Below, one piece after another: positions 11,144 to 25,110 of a DNA stretch of 64,000 bases; the first letter of the stretch is position 1, and the number at the start of each line of letters is the position of its first letter. The translations under genes and the position numbers were made by a program. Source of the stretch: Camelus dromedarius (taxonomy: Eukaryota); assembly GCF_036321535.1 (NCBI RefSeq), contig NC_087472.1, forward strand, positions 101,682,001-101,746,000, written 5' to 3'. Below the pieces are notes generated by a model that worked only from the letters and a program-made list of their open reading frames with translations, did no database searches and was not told the origin of the DNA.

Positions 11144-13409
11144 GAAAAATCAAATATTCATTATTGTTATTACAGCATGCTCTGCTAGGCACAGGAGAGG
11201 ACAAAATAGAATTTTCAGGCATGGTTTCTGATTCCCAGTTTCTGCCTTGACATCGGTCCTCCTGAGAGATAAATTGAAGTAGATGATTTAATTTGGGGGT
11301 GGGCAATTCGGGGTGGGCTGTTTTGCTCGGCCAGCACGAGGGCTTACTGAATTTACTTTGAGTGCTGCATTTCCTTCTCAGGCCCCACTGCTCTTTAGTA
11401 CGCTCAGTGGCCCTGCCCCACATGGAAGCGACCTGCCTGACCCCGAAGACACCTGAGTTTGAGGCCTACAACATAAATGATTCCAGAGGAGACGGGAGCT
11501 ATTGGGCAATGGAGACCCAGCTCACTGCACTGACCCTGCTGGCCAAGGGTGGGACTAGATGGGGCAGGGAGGGGGTGCTGGCCCAAAGAAGAATCACATG
11601 GTGGGTGGGAGTGAGCCAGGCTGTGTGCTGTGTTTGGAGGGGCCCTCCAGGGGAGACAGGGAGGAGACAGACTGACAGGCTGGGGCAGGTGTCTAGGGGA
11701 TATTAATGTGATCTTACCAGCAGGCCCCTGGGACAATTCTCCAGTCAAGAAGTCACTTTTTGCCATCACTGCCACTTCCAATACCCGAGTTTCCCATCAG
11801 TGAGGACTCATGCTTGTATCCAGCTGTGGACATGTGTCTCTGGGATACCCAGCACCCCAGCTCTCACCTTAATCGGGAGGAAGCGACACCTCCTAACCTC
11901 ACCTGAGTTCCTCCCTCACCACCCCCAAAACACACAGAGACCGGGGCACAGGAAAGGAGGGGAAGCTGAGCCTCACCGGCAGGCCTGACTTCACTAACCT
12001 CCAGGAAGGGTGAGACGTGTGGTCTGGCTGCACACCCAAGAAGAGGAGAGCAGGGAGACTGGGAATAGGGGCTGCCTCTGCCTCATGCCAACTCCCTTCT
12101 GCCTTCCTGGAGAGCCAACCACACTGGGCTGGGGCCATCACAGAGAAGTGTCCCTCTGCCCTGGCCTCAGGACCCATGTGGCGCTCGCCCATTCACCAGG
12201 CACACTGTAGCTCCAAGGCTGCCGACCCCGAGCCCTCTCAGACCTTCACTGCAGCCGGAGCACTCAGTGTGTGGCCAGCTGGACCACAACACCCCTCACA
12301 TCCTACGTCTGCCAGGATCCTCCTTCTGGGCCCTGATGGCTGGGCCACCACGGCTGCCAGGTGGAGTCACAGTCCACCTCTGGTTCTACCTTGTCCCCCA
12401 GGTGAACCCCAGCAGCCTGGAGATGACCCACATAGGCCTGCCCCAGGCAGGGGCGGACTTGGCCTCGGGCCTGTGCCCATGCCCCACCTGGAATGAGATG
12501 AAGGCCGCCCGAGTTCCACGTGATTTTGTTCGGAAGTCCTGACTCCCATCTGGGCTGGAGAAGGGAACCCCGACCACTTCAAGATGACCACAGAAAGGTG
12601 GGAGCTGTCTTCCTAACAGACAGACCCATTTTCTCTTGTCAGCTACTCAGAAACGTTTGCCCAAATACCCAGGCTCACAAGCGTACGTCAACGTTTAAGG
12701 AGCCCTCGACTGAGGATGGATGATTGTAAACTGGGACCTCCGTGCCAGTGGCTTCACAGCCAAGGTATGCCCTCTCCTCATATTTTCAAGATTTTGAAAT
12801 CTCTGCTGCCCTCTCAATAAATGAAATTTGGGGAGAAGGAGGGGTGGGACTCGGCCTGTGGAACAGTCCCTACTCACACCAACGCTGGGGTCTTAGGCAT
12901 TCAGATGTGCTCAGTCCGATGGTCAAGGTTTGGGAGTGAAACAAAGTGGGAGGTTTGTGTGGGTTTTTAATTGAAGCCGAGCAGCTGCAGCCTCCCCGCC
13001 TGCACAGGGCCTGGCACCAAAGCACAGGAGCCGCCCTCTCTCAGGCCCTGACGGCTGTTAGACCAGCTCCTGCTGCCGGGTCTGCAGGAGGCCACTCACT
13101 GTCCCCCAGGGCGGAGGCCACTTAGAGTCAGAAGACATTATCGCTCAAAGAACGCTGCAGTCCAGTCCCCTCGTCTCGTGGGGGAGATCTCTGAGGAGAA
13201 AAGTCATTGGGTAGAAACAGAGCGGAGACCAGGAGGAGCCAAGATGGGGGCAGACCAGCTTGAAGAGGCAGAAATGACTCTTGGGCATCTTGAAAAAGAG
13301 ATGGGCAATGAAATTTTAAAAAAATGATGTCACACAAAATCAAGTGACTAAGATTCAGAATCTGACCTCAACCTGCCTTTCCTTGTGTGCCCCCTCTGTG
13401 ATGGCACCC

Positions 13410-14405
13410 GATGGCTTACTCAGCACGCCCACCCCTTTCCTCCTGGCCTAGCCACGTGTTCAGTTGTCTCCTGAATAGTCCCTGCTGGCAGTGCCATGGG
13501 TACCTCAGATTCATCACGGCCAGAGCCCCCCAGTCTTCCGTGCTCACCTGCTCCTCTCCAGGGTTTCCCGTCTCAGAGGAGAACACCCCCGTCTTTACCT
13601 CTACCACCCTAGCCAGAAGCCTGGGGCTGCCTCAGTCCCCACATCCCATCTGGTTCCAGGTGCCATCAGTTCTGCCTCCCAAGGAGCTCCGAAACCAGCC
13701 TCTTCCTTCACACCTTCTGACTCTCCCTCGGATCAGTTCTCCATCTGGGGCCAGGAGTGGGGCAATCTCTCCACAGGGTAGCCAATGTGATGTTCTCCCT
13801 AAAACACACATCAGCTCATCCCTCTCCTCAGCTGACAGGCTTCTCATGTTCCCACTGCTCACAGGCTAAAGTCCAGACTCCGGAAACAGCAAACAAGCCT
13901 CTCCACAAATGACCCTCTGCCGCCTTCCCTTGCATCAGTCCCTTCCTAGTCCCCTGCTCCCAGACACACCCAACACACTCTCTGCTCCGACCACTCAAGC
14001 CACTGTCCTAGTCCTTGACAGGCTGCTCGCTAACCTCAGGGCCAGATAAAACCTTAGTATGTCCTTTTGCCTGGAACATTCTCCTCCCCACATGATGGGC
14101 TTCTTTTTGTCATTCAGGCTTCAGCTCATGTGTCATGGGAACACTTGTTTCCCAGAGACCTTCCTGACCACTGACAGAATCTTCCTTACTTGGGCATTTT
14201 ACGTCCCATTGACCTGTTTGGATTTTTTTCATAGAACATTATCTCTCCCTGACATTTTCTTGTTTGTTTGCTGTTGGTCTGTCCCCACTGGACCATAACC
14301 TCGTGGAGTGCTGGGCCATTCTTTGTCCTGGGCACACTGTGTCCCACCACCTAGAAGCAGGCTCTGCCCTGGAAGAATCTTGATCAGTGTTTGGCAAATG
14401 AATGT
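13410..14405 (+). mobile_element. L2 LINE fragment, about 1 kb
   Basis: Pyrimidine-rich L2 body (ttttgcctggaacattctcc, tcattcaggcttcagctcatgtgtca, cagagaccttcctgaccac) ending tcagtgtttggcaaatgaatg. Confidence 0.8.
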
Positions 14406-14774
14406 GTGGCACAGTGAGACGTCCAGATCTGTCTTGAGCCATAAACAAGGTGATTTGTCTCCAATGGCTACTTGTATTTTTATTCTCAAATGTTTTCCAC
14501 TACGGGACTCAGGCCATCAGTTAATGGAGCTCCAGCTCTCTGGAACTCACGGCGGCTGGTAACAATGGAACCTGAATATGGCCCCGGCTCTTGTTCCTAA
14601 TACTGATTTGTGTTCTGACTGTTGATTCAGCTCAAGTCCCTTTACCTCCTTAGGTTTCCCATTTTCTAAAAGGAAAAAAATTTCTCCAGCCTGTCTCACT
14701 TCAGTGCTCCAAGGATCAGCTCACCGTGATCTAAGGCTCTTGCTCTGATAACCTGATAACCCAAATCCCACTGC

Positions 14775-15050
14775 CATTCATTTCCTTCATCATTCAGTCA
14801 ACAACATGCCTGTGCCAGGCACTGGGCCCGATGCAGAGGAGACAACAGTGAGGCAAGTTGAAAGGGCCTTGGACATTCCCTATGGTCCACAGGAGGAAGA
14901 GACGAGACCAAAGGCTACACGTCACCCGCCAGTGAGGTAAGAGTCTGATGGAGGCACATGGGTAGTGACAAGACCATGGAGTGGGAAGCACGGAGGTGAG
15001 CAATCCAGACGTGGCTGGGAGTTAGGAAATTGTTTTCAGAGGGGAAAAAA
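14775..15050 (-). mobile_element. L2 3' fragment
   Basis: cattcatttccttcatcattcagtcaacaacatgcctgtgccaggcactggg. Confidence 0.65.
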
Positions 15051-15404
15051 AAACACAAAAACAAAACTCGAAGCTCAAACCTGAAGTCCTTGGTAATTCA
15101 TATGGATTTCGGCACCCTGCCCACCCTCCTCTGGGGAAGCGGCTTACTGAAATGATCACTTTTCACTACATCCAACTGTCCATGGTTGCATCTGCCCCAG
15201 ATAAAAGGCTGACTCAAACCAGAAAATCACAGTTACCATGTGGCTTAATTGGGCATGGTAATCAAAGAGCTGCGTGGCTCATTGGATATGCATTTTCACA
15301 ACCTACTGTTCAACACCAGCAATGTGTTCTGCGTGTTCCAGGCCCCTCTGAAATCTGTGGAACATGGATAAAGAGAGTACCGATTCTCTGCTACAATGCT
15401 AAGA

Positions 15405-15827
15405 ATATTAGGGTAGGCTAACTTGTATAACGAACAACCCCCAAATCTCACTGGCTTGATACAACAAAGTTCAATTTCTTGCTTATGTCACACTTGAGAG
15501 AGTTCAGCTGAGATGCCCTGCTCCATGCAGTCATTCCGGGAACTAGATATTGTGGTCTTGCCGTCCCCCATGGGCCTAGGGTCCTCCACCAGATTCTCTG
15601 CACACAGGTAATGGCCAAAGGAAGAGAGAATGTGGGGAGGACTAGAAGGAAAGACTTTAAGGACAGGGCTGATAGAGGATTCCACTACTTCTCCTCACAT
15701 CCCATTGATCGTAACTCCGTCACAATGTTCCATTTAACCACAAGGAATGCTGGGAAATGTAGTCTCTGTGTGTCTGGGAAGAATGGCAAACGGGGTTGGG
15801 TGAGCACTAGCACTGTCTCTGCCACCA
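15405..15827 (-). mobile_element. MLT1 (MLT1J-like) solo LTR
   Basis: aacaacccccaaatctcactggcttgatacaacaaagttcaatttcttgctta...caaggaatgctgggaaatgtagtct...gtctctgccacca. Confidence 0.85.
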
Positions 15828-17870
15828 GGACACTGAGCAGTGAGATAAAATATAGAATGGGTCAATGTAGTGAAAATAGACTGATGATATTGTATAAACA
15901 AAACCACCGACAACAAAGAATTCAACCATGAGCGAAGTCTTAAATAAGTGATGGCATTTTCCAGTTGGTGAGTTAATCCTGCTTACTTAGTCAAAGTATT
16001 TTCTCTCCCAGGTGACAATCAGAAACAGTGATTAGCTGATGAAAGTAATTTCTCTATCTAATGCACAGGCTGTAACTCTGAAAATGTTCAAGTGTATAAA
16101 ATTCATAGAAGAAATGAATGCCTGGCCATATTCTCAAGAGCACACCTCTCTGTATCTAATCACTTACTCAAGGAATATTTATTAACTATGTCAAGCCAAA
16201 TTTAAGTCTGCACATTACATGTCTATATTCCAAAGTGAACACATAGAAAGCTGTCATTTTTCTCGGCCCATTGAAAAAACCCAGTGCAAAAAAACACGCT
16301 CCGATATACATGGTTCTCTGAAGATATTTATTTGTACTTAGGAAGTAAAAGTTTGCAGAGGGCCTTGCAATTTTCTGATGAAAGTTGCTCTCTAAGCACA
16401 AAGCATTATTTGATGTCTGAACAAAATCATGGAGCAAGGTGAAAAACTGGGGACGTTGGGAAGCAGCCAAGAATTAACGATGTAAATTTGGCTGTAACTG
16501 TGCCCAAGAATTTTTCATATTGGCGGCACTGTGCTCACTTCAAAAGTAATAACGATTAAATATACTGAGTACTTATATATCATCGGGTCCTAAACAAAGC
16601 TGAAAAAAGAGATAGTTCCAAGGGCAAGAAATGTGTCAGCACCACACTGTCACAGATCACAAATCCAGACCACCCTCAGGATGGTTATTTGGATATGTAA
16701 TGAAATAATTGACAAAAGCCATTCCGAGGGCCGTGACTCAAATGTGTCAGCAGATCTGAATGTCTAAAGTTCATGGAGCTTGGTAACGCAGAGGCCTGCA
16801 CACATTTTTCACATTAACGAACAGATGGAAGCCGTAATTCCCGCCATAGCTCAAGGATGCCTTGCACCCAACAGCAGCAGATAATAAGCTCATTTGGGGA
16901 GAAATTTGCCATTTTCATCCAAGAGCTCAATGAACTGCTGCTGAAACACTCATCCAACTGTGGACAGCGCACTTCCCGGAGGGAAAGAGAGGCTGCACCT
17001 GTTTCAAAACCCTTAAGGGTCTAGAGTCATGTCAGTTTCCCCACAGGCCTCAAATCTCACATCAGAGCCAGCCACGGGGCCATGCCTTGCCTGCACAGAA
17101 TTCTGGGGAAATCTATCCCTAACCCTGGTTTCCTATTATAAATAAGTAATGCTGAACGCTTTCACAGTTCTTCATGAGACATGGCGGCTAGAGACTGGGT
17201 GAGGTGACACACCTCATTTTCATTTGTTCCAGCATATTTTTTGCTCTAAACTTTTCGAGCTTTAAATTAGTCTCTGGGGTGCCATTCAATGGGAAACCCG
17301 AAGGAAGAGGGGGAAAAATACATTCAACTATTTTGGATTTAGAAAATATGTTGTTTGGCTGAGAAAGACGTTTTCCACGTATTTGATCACTTAAAAGCAG
17401 TTAAGCGCTGCAACTTCAAATATATTCTAACCTGACAGGAGCCAAGAGCATCGAAAAATGTGTCAGCCCAGTGCCGCGGATGATAAAACATGCAATTGAC
17501 ACATGTGCCGTCAGAGACTGGTGTCAACCTCAACTGCACAAGGAAACACAGATCACTGTGGTTGTGGGGGGTAGCTGCTGCATAGACACAGACCCCAATC
17601 CTCAATCCATCCAGGCCAACAAGCCTGGGAATCACACGGGTCATTTCACCCCTGGATTTTCAAGGCCTTCGTCAGCAGAATCCTATTACCTTTCATGGCA
17701 GCCCCAGGAAACCAGCAGCAAGCCCCGGTTTCATGAAGAACTTGGAGGCAAGGCTGGCTAATCAGAATTCTCAAATAACTCTCTCTGTCACATTTTTCTT
17801 TTTTAAAAAAATTAAGTTGCAGGAGAAGAGGAATGAGCTAAATGATACTTAGAAATCTTTGTGCCCCAGG

Positions 17871-18374
17871 GCTGCGAGTCTTGAAATGGGAGCCATTAGC
17901 CAAGTTTGGCTGTTGAGCATTTGAAACGAGACTAGGGCAACAGTGGAATGGAATTTTAAATTTATATTGAATTTTAATTAATTTCACTTTAAAAGATGCT
18001 GTTAAGGTCAGTTATTAGAAAAACCTTAAACACATTTTGAAGAACTTGGATATGTGAACCTACTTTTTCAACTGTACACTTTATGAAATCTAAATAGAGA
18101 TCAAATATATTCTGATGAAAACTTAGCATTTGTGTCAAGATGTGCTGGAAGTGTATATAATACACACCGGATTTCAAAGACTTAGTCCCAGAAGATGTGA
18201 AACATCTCATTAATAATTTTAAAATATTGGTTGCATTCTGAAATGGTAATAGAATCACCTAAATAAATTATATTATGAAAATTACTATCACTTCATTTTA
18301 CCTTTCAAATTTGAGTACAAGAAAATTGTAAATCACATCTGTGACTTGCATTGTATTTCTACGGGACGGTGCTA
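17871..18374. mobile_element. Second Charlie1b/MER33-family hAT element
   Basis: ggctgttgagcatttgaaa...ttatgaaatctaaatagagatcaaa...tctgatgaaaacttagca...tacacaccggatttcaaagacttag; colinear with 9761-10281. Confidence 0.85.
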
Positions 18375-18689
18375 CTCAAGAGTAAATAGAGCCTCACCCA
18401 GACAGACCTCTGCTTGCCTCCCCAAGTTTTCCCCACAGATGCACATATATACAGCCCCCCACCCCAATGTAACAAGTAACAAATAGCAACCGAACATCTA
18501 ATAAGTACCAAGATCTCTGAAGAGGTGGCATCGCCCAGCCACTGAGGATTGAGATAGAGGTGGCAGAGTCTCTGATTTGACTTGTCCTTTGAAGGACGTT
18601 GGACAAAAGAATCCCTTTATCTGTCCCTACAGCAGTGGATGCTCACCCCTCTTCACCTCCCACACGGGGAAATCAGGCATTTAGCTCAT

Positions 18690-19420
18690 CTATTAAGCTC
18701 TCCTTAGGGTCCAGCCACTTGCTAGATGCTAGAGAAGGGCCCAGAGACAAACAAGACATCATCCCAGGGCTTGTGGTCTAGTTGTTTCCATGCATGTAAT
18801 TAACTAGCTTGGCTGTTTTCTAGTTAGTGAATCATTTCAGGTTGAAATAAATGCTGAAATTGAGCTCACTTCAAAGGGTTCCAGAAGTACAAGGATGAAG
18901 AGTGATGAGTTCTGCCTATGGAGACCAGGGTGGGCTTTCCATATGGTAACATGTGAGATGAACCATGGCAGACAAGGAGGATTTTAGCAGTGGGGAAAGG
19001 GGAGGAGGCATCGCAGATGATGGAAACAGCCCGAGCCAAGGAAAGGATGTGGGTGAGTGCAAGGTGTGTACAGGGAATGGTGAAGGGGTAAAGGAAGGGA
19101 AGTCCTGACGGATGAAGTTGGAAAAAACCAAAGAGGCCAGATAATCAAGAACCAGGAACAGCAAATGAATCCGCTGGGACCAGTATGGTTTTAGGAGACA
19201 GGAGTGACAGGCTTACAGAGATCATGGCATTATTTCAAGTGAGGAATGGCTGGGCCTGCCCTGGGATAGGGGAGGAAAAAATGGCAAAGAGGGAGTCTCT
19301 GCAAAAGGCACAGTGGAGGAAGATGAGGCTGTCATGGCAGTAAGGGCAGAGAAGATGAAGTTAATGGTGCCGTCATTAAGCGAGATTAAGGAACACAGGA
19401 GGAAGAAGAGATTTGACATG
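18690..19420 (-). mobile_element. Degenerate L2 fragments
   Basis: Purine-rich L2-antisense motifs (gatggaaacagcccgagccaagg, taatggtgccgtcattaagcgagattaaggaacacaggagg). Confidence 0.55.
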
Positions 19421-21439
19421 AAGTGGTATGTTAAAAAAAAAAAAAAAACCCAGCACTGCCAACTCTTTGGAAGAAAGCCTGGATTAACACAGAACAGTGA
19501 TAACAGACCCACGGAGCCACAGACCCACCGTATGCCTAGTGCTGTACTTGGCTGTTACCGAAGACTTTTATCACACAGTAAGAAGGGAAATTGCCAAGGG
19601 GGTGGGGAACATCTTCATTTTGGAATTTCCTGAGTTAATTTCCAAACATGACGTAGCATGAGTGTAGATTGTTGACACTGAACACATGAAACACTGGAAG
19701 TAAAACAAACACATATTAAGCATGGGTGCCAGAGTCCTAACAATACACCTATGATCAGCTGAACGTCAAAGTTGTGCCCTTGGAAAATGTCACCCACTGT
19801 GATGAAAGGATTATGTCATTTTTGCGGGGTCAAAGTAATCCGAGGGTTTGCTTGTACAAGTGGAACAGACACCAATCCCCCCAACCGGCCACCCCCACAG
19901 CAACAGGAGCTCAGATTTCAAAAGCGAGCTTTCTGCCTAGCCCTCAGGCCGAGGTTCTGTGGTTTCAGATTGGTTTTGGCTTCCAGAGCAGGCAAGTCCT
20001 TCCTCCTGCTCTCTGAACAAATTCCAGCATTTACGGCTCAGCCTTGTGGCCCCTTGTCTGCTGACCATGTGGGGAGCTTCAAAGTCTCTGAGATGTGATT
20101 ATTTGTTCTGTCAACAGCTCCGTGTCTCTACAAAGTGAGGACCACTGCTGACAGCGATCACTCATCTTCTCTCTCCGCCCCCACCACCTCTCAACAATGC
20201 AGACCTTTTTCTGGAGAATGCTCAGCATTTTCACACCACCTCCCCACCCCAATTGATACTAAGTGATACCAGGCGTCTCTTTTAATCTCACCAGAACAAA
20301 CCAAACACTGTGTTCCTGTTATCGCCTCCCAAAGAAAGTGCATATTCTGCGAAATAGGTTTGCCAGCAGATTAACCACAAAACCATTAATTAATTCCATT
20401 TCACGGGAGCTCTTGGATCTGAAGCTTCCTTATATTTTATCCATTATTTTTAGTTGTCTTCAATAGACTCATTGGCCAGAAGGATCTAGTCGACCATTAT
20501 CCAAAGTGCAAGTCCCTGGAGCCTAACTTTGCTCTTCAGTATTTATCCCACTGTCACAGTCAATTTAAAATATTTCTTTAAAAGCACATCTTGAGAGGAA
20601 CTGAATGAAGCCAATGTGCTGTTGGGGGGAAGGGTCTTCTCTTACGGGAAATTATGAGAAGAGAAGTGGGGTGTGTGTGCTTCGAACATGGACTGGGGTT
20701 GAAGTCAGACATCAGGAATGGTTTTGCCTTCACTGCGGCCAAATGATGTGCCTTCATAAACTCAGTATCTCAGGCTCTAAAAAGGGGGCTGGAAAAACTG
20801 CTTCTTTTATCACAAAGTCAGAGGGAAAAGAGCTCTTGTGCAAAACATGACCACAATCAGAACAAGCAGAAGGTCTGAAGGCAGTGAAGCCAGGCCCCTA
20901 AATGAACCGAATCTGGTGGAGTTACTACTTTTAGTAAAAATGGCCATTTGGATCTTGCTTCTGGAATTTGGAAGCCCTAGAACCCTACAGTAAAGATGAA
21001 CAGTGAGCCCTCGCTCTCACACCCCCCACCCCTTAGCACTGGTGCTTTTTTGTTCAGTGTCATTACTGCGCCATTACTGAGATGTGCGGAAGGGTGATGA
21101 CAACAGTGGTTACTTTTGAGAAATAATCGATCAATACCTCTATACAGCATACCTATTATACACATGCAGCTGAGGGGATGCAGTCTAGTCTGGGAGATAA
21201 GACATGCACGTGGGGAGAAAAATAACGTGCAAGGGAGTGGTACAGGCGGTCAGAGCTGTAATTTAAGGGGAGATCACTTCCACCTGTGGAAGCCAGGGCT
21301 CGCCTGGAGAAATGAGGAGAATTTGGATGGTAGGGAGAAGAGGAGGGCACATAAAACATAGGAAGCAATGGCCCAGAAATGAGAAGATCCAAGGTGTTGC
21401 CAGGGTGCAGCAGAGAATGGCACAGCAATCTGGGCAAAG

Positions 21440-21575
21440 TAAGATGGATCTGTTTTTCCATCTGTAAAATGGGGATAAGAATCACATTCCTCACTGGATG
21501 GGAGGGTTAAATGTGATAGTGTGGAGGAAGTGCTTTGCCTGGGGTCTGGTACAGAAAAAACACTCAATAAATTTG
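21440..21575 (+). mobile_element. MIR SINE
   Basis: tgtttttccatctgtaaaatggggataaga...ggttaaatgtgata...cactcaataaat. Confidence 0.8.
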
Positions 21576-24099
21576 GGGGCAGAAGGGTAGTGGTAACCAA
21601 AAGGAACTGGGAGATGTTTCCAAGGGAGACCTGTCAGGACCCAGCTGGACGTGGGGAAGAAAAGGATAGGGAACACCAAAGGTGGCTCTGAAATTTGGGG
21701 TCTGGGAAGTGGCAGATGGAGGAATGGTTGGCAGAACCTGGGGGAAGGGGCAGGAGAGAATAGGTTTCCAACACGTGGCACTCAATGTGCCAGGGGGCAA
21801 TGTTTGTCTATTTCAACAAGATGGACAGCCATGTTTTCACAATAATAAAAAGCACCTAAAAGTTCATGGGGAAATACGCAAAGTAATCTGGTATCTAAAT
21901 CCATCTGATTTAAATTCCTGCTATTTGTTCCAATTAGGCGATGCTGGATACTTTGGAGAAACTGTGCTGTCTGTTTGAAATGTTTCATAATAAAATGCTG
22001 GGGGAAAACAATTTGAGGAGAAACTATTGTTGAATCTCATTTGACCAACCAAGCATTTAGGCTCTCCTGAAAGTTAAATTCTAGTTTATTTCAAATGCAC
22101 AGGACCCGAACAGCAATCGAGTTTTACATCATTTGCTCCTGACAGTTCTCTAACTGGCTGTATCTGTACTCCCTGAGGACATACACATCTGGCAAGGTCC
22201 TCTGCTTGATGGCTGAAGAGTCTGGATTTGAAGATTCTTGCCTTTCACTCTCAAGGGGACACACTTTCACACACTCAGATAGAAACCAAGAGAAGCGCTC
22301 TCTGCTGGTGAAACAGTATTTCAAAACTCAACCACCTGATAACGACTCTCTTCTCTCTTCTTCTAAGAACCTGGGTATGGATAATTTGCGTCTTGTTTGC
22401 TTGCTTAAAATGTTGTAAGTTTGAGAATTCTGCCTGAAACCTCCGATGAATGGGAATTTACATGGAACTAACATTGCTAAGCCAACTTTATTACGAAAAA
22501 GCCAGGCATGTTTCTATTAGGTAAAAAGAAGAACTTTGAAAAATGTTTCTTTCCCTTTGATGGTTCTTCCCCTCAACTTTTGTTTTCAGCCAAGGAATCA
22601 AATGTTATGTTTTAGTAATGGGAGGGCAAGGAGCCTTCGGCTGTCTTGCCCACTGATCTAGGTCCCTGGGCGCCTCAGTGCAGGGGCCAGAATGCGGGAA
22701 AGGTGCCTGCAGAACAAGGAAAAGGAAGACGGAGGGTGGGGAGAAATCCAGTGAACTGTGTGGGTTTCCCCCTCCCGTCCAGGGTGTTCAGTGGCTTCTG
22801 TCACAGAAATGGAAGTCTGGAATTAGTTCTTAAATCTGACAGTGTGCCTAATGACAGGATATGGTTTGAGATCAAATAACCAACCAAAACAAGGGGGTCT
22901 GTTTCACCTCAGCCACTCAGCATTTTGCTTTTATCTCCCCTATTTGTTTCATGATAACTTTCAAAGGAGTTGACTGATTCTGATCAAATGTGGGGCATGG
23001 CTAAAGGGTTTCAAGATACATCTGAGGCTCAATTTGTGGTTCCGCCAGCCATCATGAAACAAAACAGTAGCCAGTAAAAGTTTCTAAATGGGCATATCTG
23101 CTGTAATCTTTAGCAGACTTTGCCGAAGTTCATACATGAGGAGTGCTTACAGATCTGTGTGATTACATGGCGTGGAGTCTGCAGATCACAGACCCATGAA
23201 GGTATCTAAATTCATGGCACATAATGATTTCTCCCAGCCTACCCCGAGGCAAGTGTTATCTCTGCTCAGATGAGGGGGAATAAAAGCCTTAATAAAGGGG
23301 GACAAAGTTACACTCCTGTGGCCATAGCCTGCGACTGATTCATGAGAGAAACAGTTCAATAGATGGAGAATCCAACCAAGTAGAAACGAGCAAAGCTCCA
23401 GAAGCTAAATCTCTGTAGTTGAAACAAGATCTTCAAGCAGCAAGGCAGTCAGAGGCTGATAAATCTGGACGTCAGAGGAGAAATGGTTCAGTCTGACCTA
23501 TTGGAACAAAGTCTCTCACACGGTGGCACCAAAGGATAACTCAGAGGGGCATTAGCTCCTCCAAATCACTGACTCCCACCAAAGCCCACCTGAAATGAAT
23601 GAATAATAATTCTGCCTCTATAAACCATTCAAGTCTCATTTTAAAGGAGAACAAAGTGTGTAGCTACACGTTTTCATTTGTCTTGTTTGTTTTGCTTGAT
23701 TTTGTGTTGATCAGTCCTGGGCAGCAGATGACATCACTCAGGTAAAAATAAAGGATTGTGTTTTGGTAATATTCCTACAATGATTGATCACATTTTATAG
23801 TTGTCTTTTTCCTTGCCCTATTTTTATAAGCCTGTAATACACACTTCAGCTAAAAGCAATGCACTTCCCACGCAACACAGCTTCCAGAGAAGCCCCCTTC
23901 CAGCCAGGTGGTCATCTTTTAAGTCATTCTGAGGTAGGAACTCGGCAGTCACCATGCGAGCTTGATTACTTGATTGTGAAATGAATAAGTCAGTCAAATA
24001 TAACAGATTATTAACAACTCAGAAAGAAGGGAAACAGAGAAGCCTTCACACCCAACTGTAGGGCTGGAATACCATGCTGATGGGTTTCCAATGACCTTC

Positions 24100-24930
24100 T
24101 GGAGCAAGCACCTCAAAAGCCTCCCGTCTGAGGCTGAACATCCCATTTCCACCCCAGGCTGCTGCATCTTAGTTACAAATGCCCACTGCCACCAGGTCCA
24201 TTGAGCTGGACCCCTCAGAGAACCATCTCCATCTCCTCCCTGTCTTCTGAATCCAATAACCAACCGGTGTGGATCCTATCTTGCAATGGCTCTCAACTCG
24301 ATCCATTTCTTTCCATTTTCCCAGCTACTGCCATAGGACAAAGGTCCCCTTAACGCTCATGTTACCTGTTGCCTCCCGCTGGTTTCCCTGACACTGGTCT
24401 GTGTCTCGCCTCTGCTCACTTTCTCCTATGGCTGTAAATGTCATCGTCCTCCAAATCCAACCCCACTATCACTTACACGTTAAAATAAACTTCATTGGCT
24501 CCTTGTTGCTTAGAGAACCAAGTCTATTTCTGGTGTGGCATTCAAACCACTTCAGAACATGGCCCCAACATAGATTCCCCACTTCCGCGCCTACTGGACT
24601 CCCCACCCTGACCCCCGCCACCCAAACTCTATGCTCCAAACACGTGGCACCTGTAATTCATGTCTCCACTATGTCACACCTTGTGGCTTTCCACTTACTG
24701 TGCCCTCTGCCTAGGATGCCCTGTGTCTTAATGAATTTCTACTCATCTTTCAAGACCCAGATCAAGTATCACTTTCTTCTTCAAACTTCCCTGATACCCC
24801 ATGTCAAAGCAGTGACTTCCTCCTCTGGCCTCCCACAGCTTCTTATAAACACTTCCATTTTAGTGTTGGTTCAGATTTTTCCATAAGGTAATTATTTGTT
24901 GGCATATCAATCTCCCTCACTGTCTGATTC
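24100..24930 (+). mobile_element. L2 LINE fragment
   Basis: ccctctgcctaggatgccc...tactcatctttcaagacccagatcaagtatcactttc...aaacttccctgatacc. Confidence 0.8.
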
Positions 24931-25007
24931 AACGAACGATGGGGTGGTTCAGTGCCTGCTCACTGAAATCATTTCACTTCCTGGAGGCTTAGCCGAGCCA
25001 CCATATC

Positions 25008-25110
25008 CAAGGGTGATATTTAAAATACTTAACAACTGGACAGCTTGGGCACTGACCGCTCCAATGAATTCCTGGCTGGGCCGGTACATCCCAACTGACA
25101 ATCAACCTTG
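25008..25110. mobile_element. Small hAT-like MITE (family uncertain)
   Basis: Imperfect terminal inverted repeats caagggtgatatt ... aatcaaccttg; internal aaaatacttaacaactgg. Confidence 0.45.

Noticed and set aside
24401..24886. 161-aa ORF
   Set aside because: Lies within decayed L2 sequence
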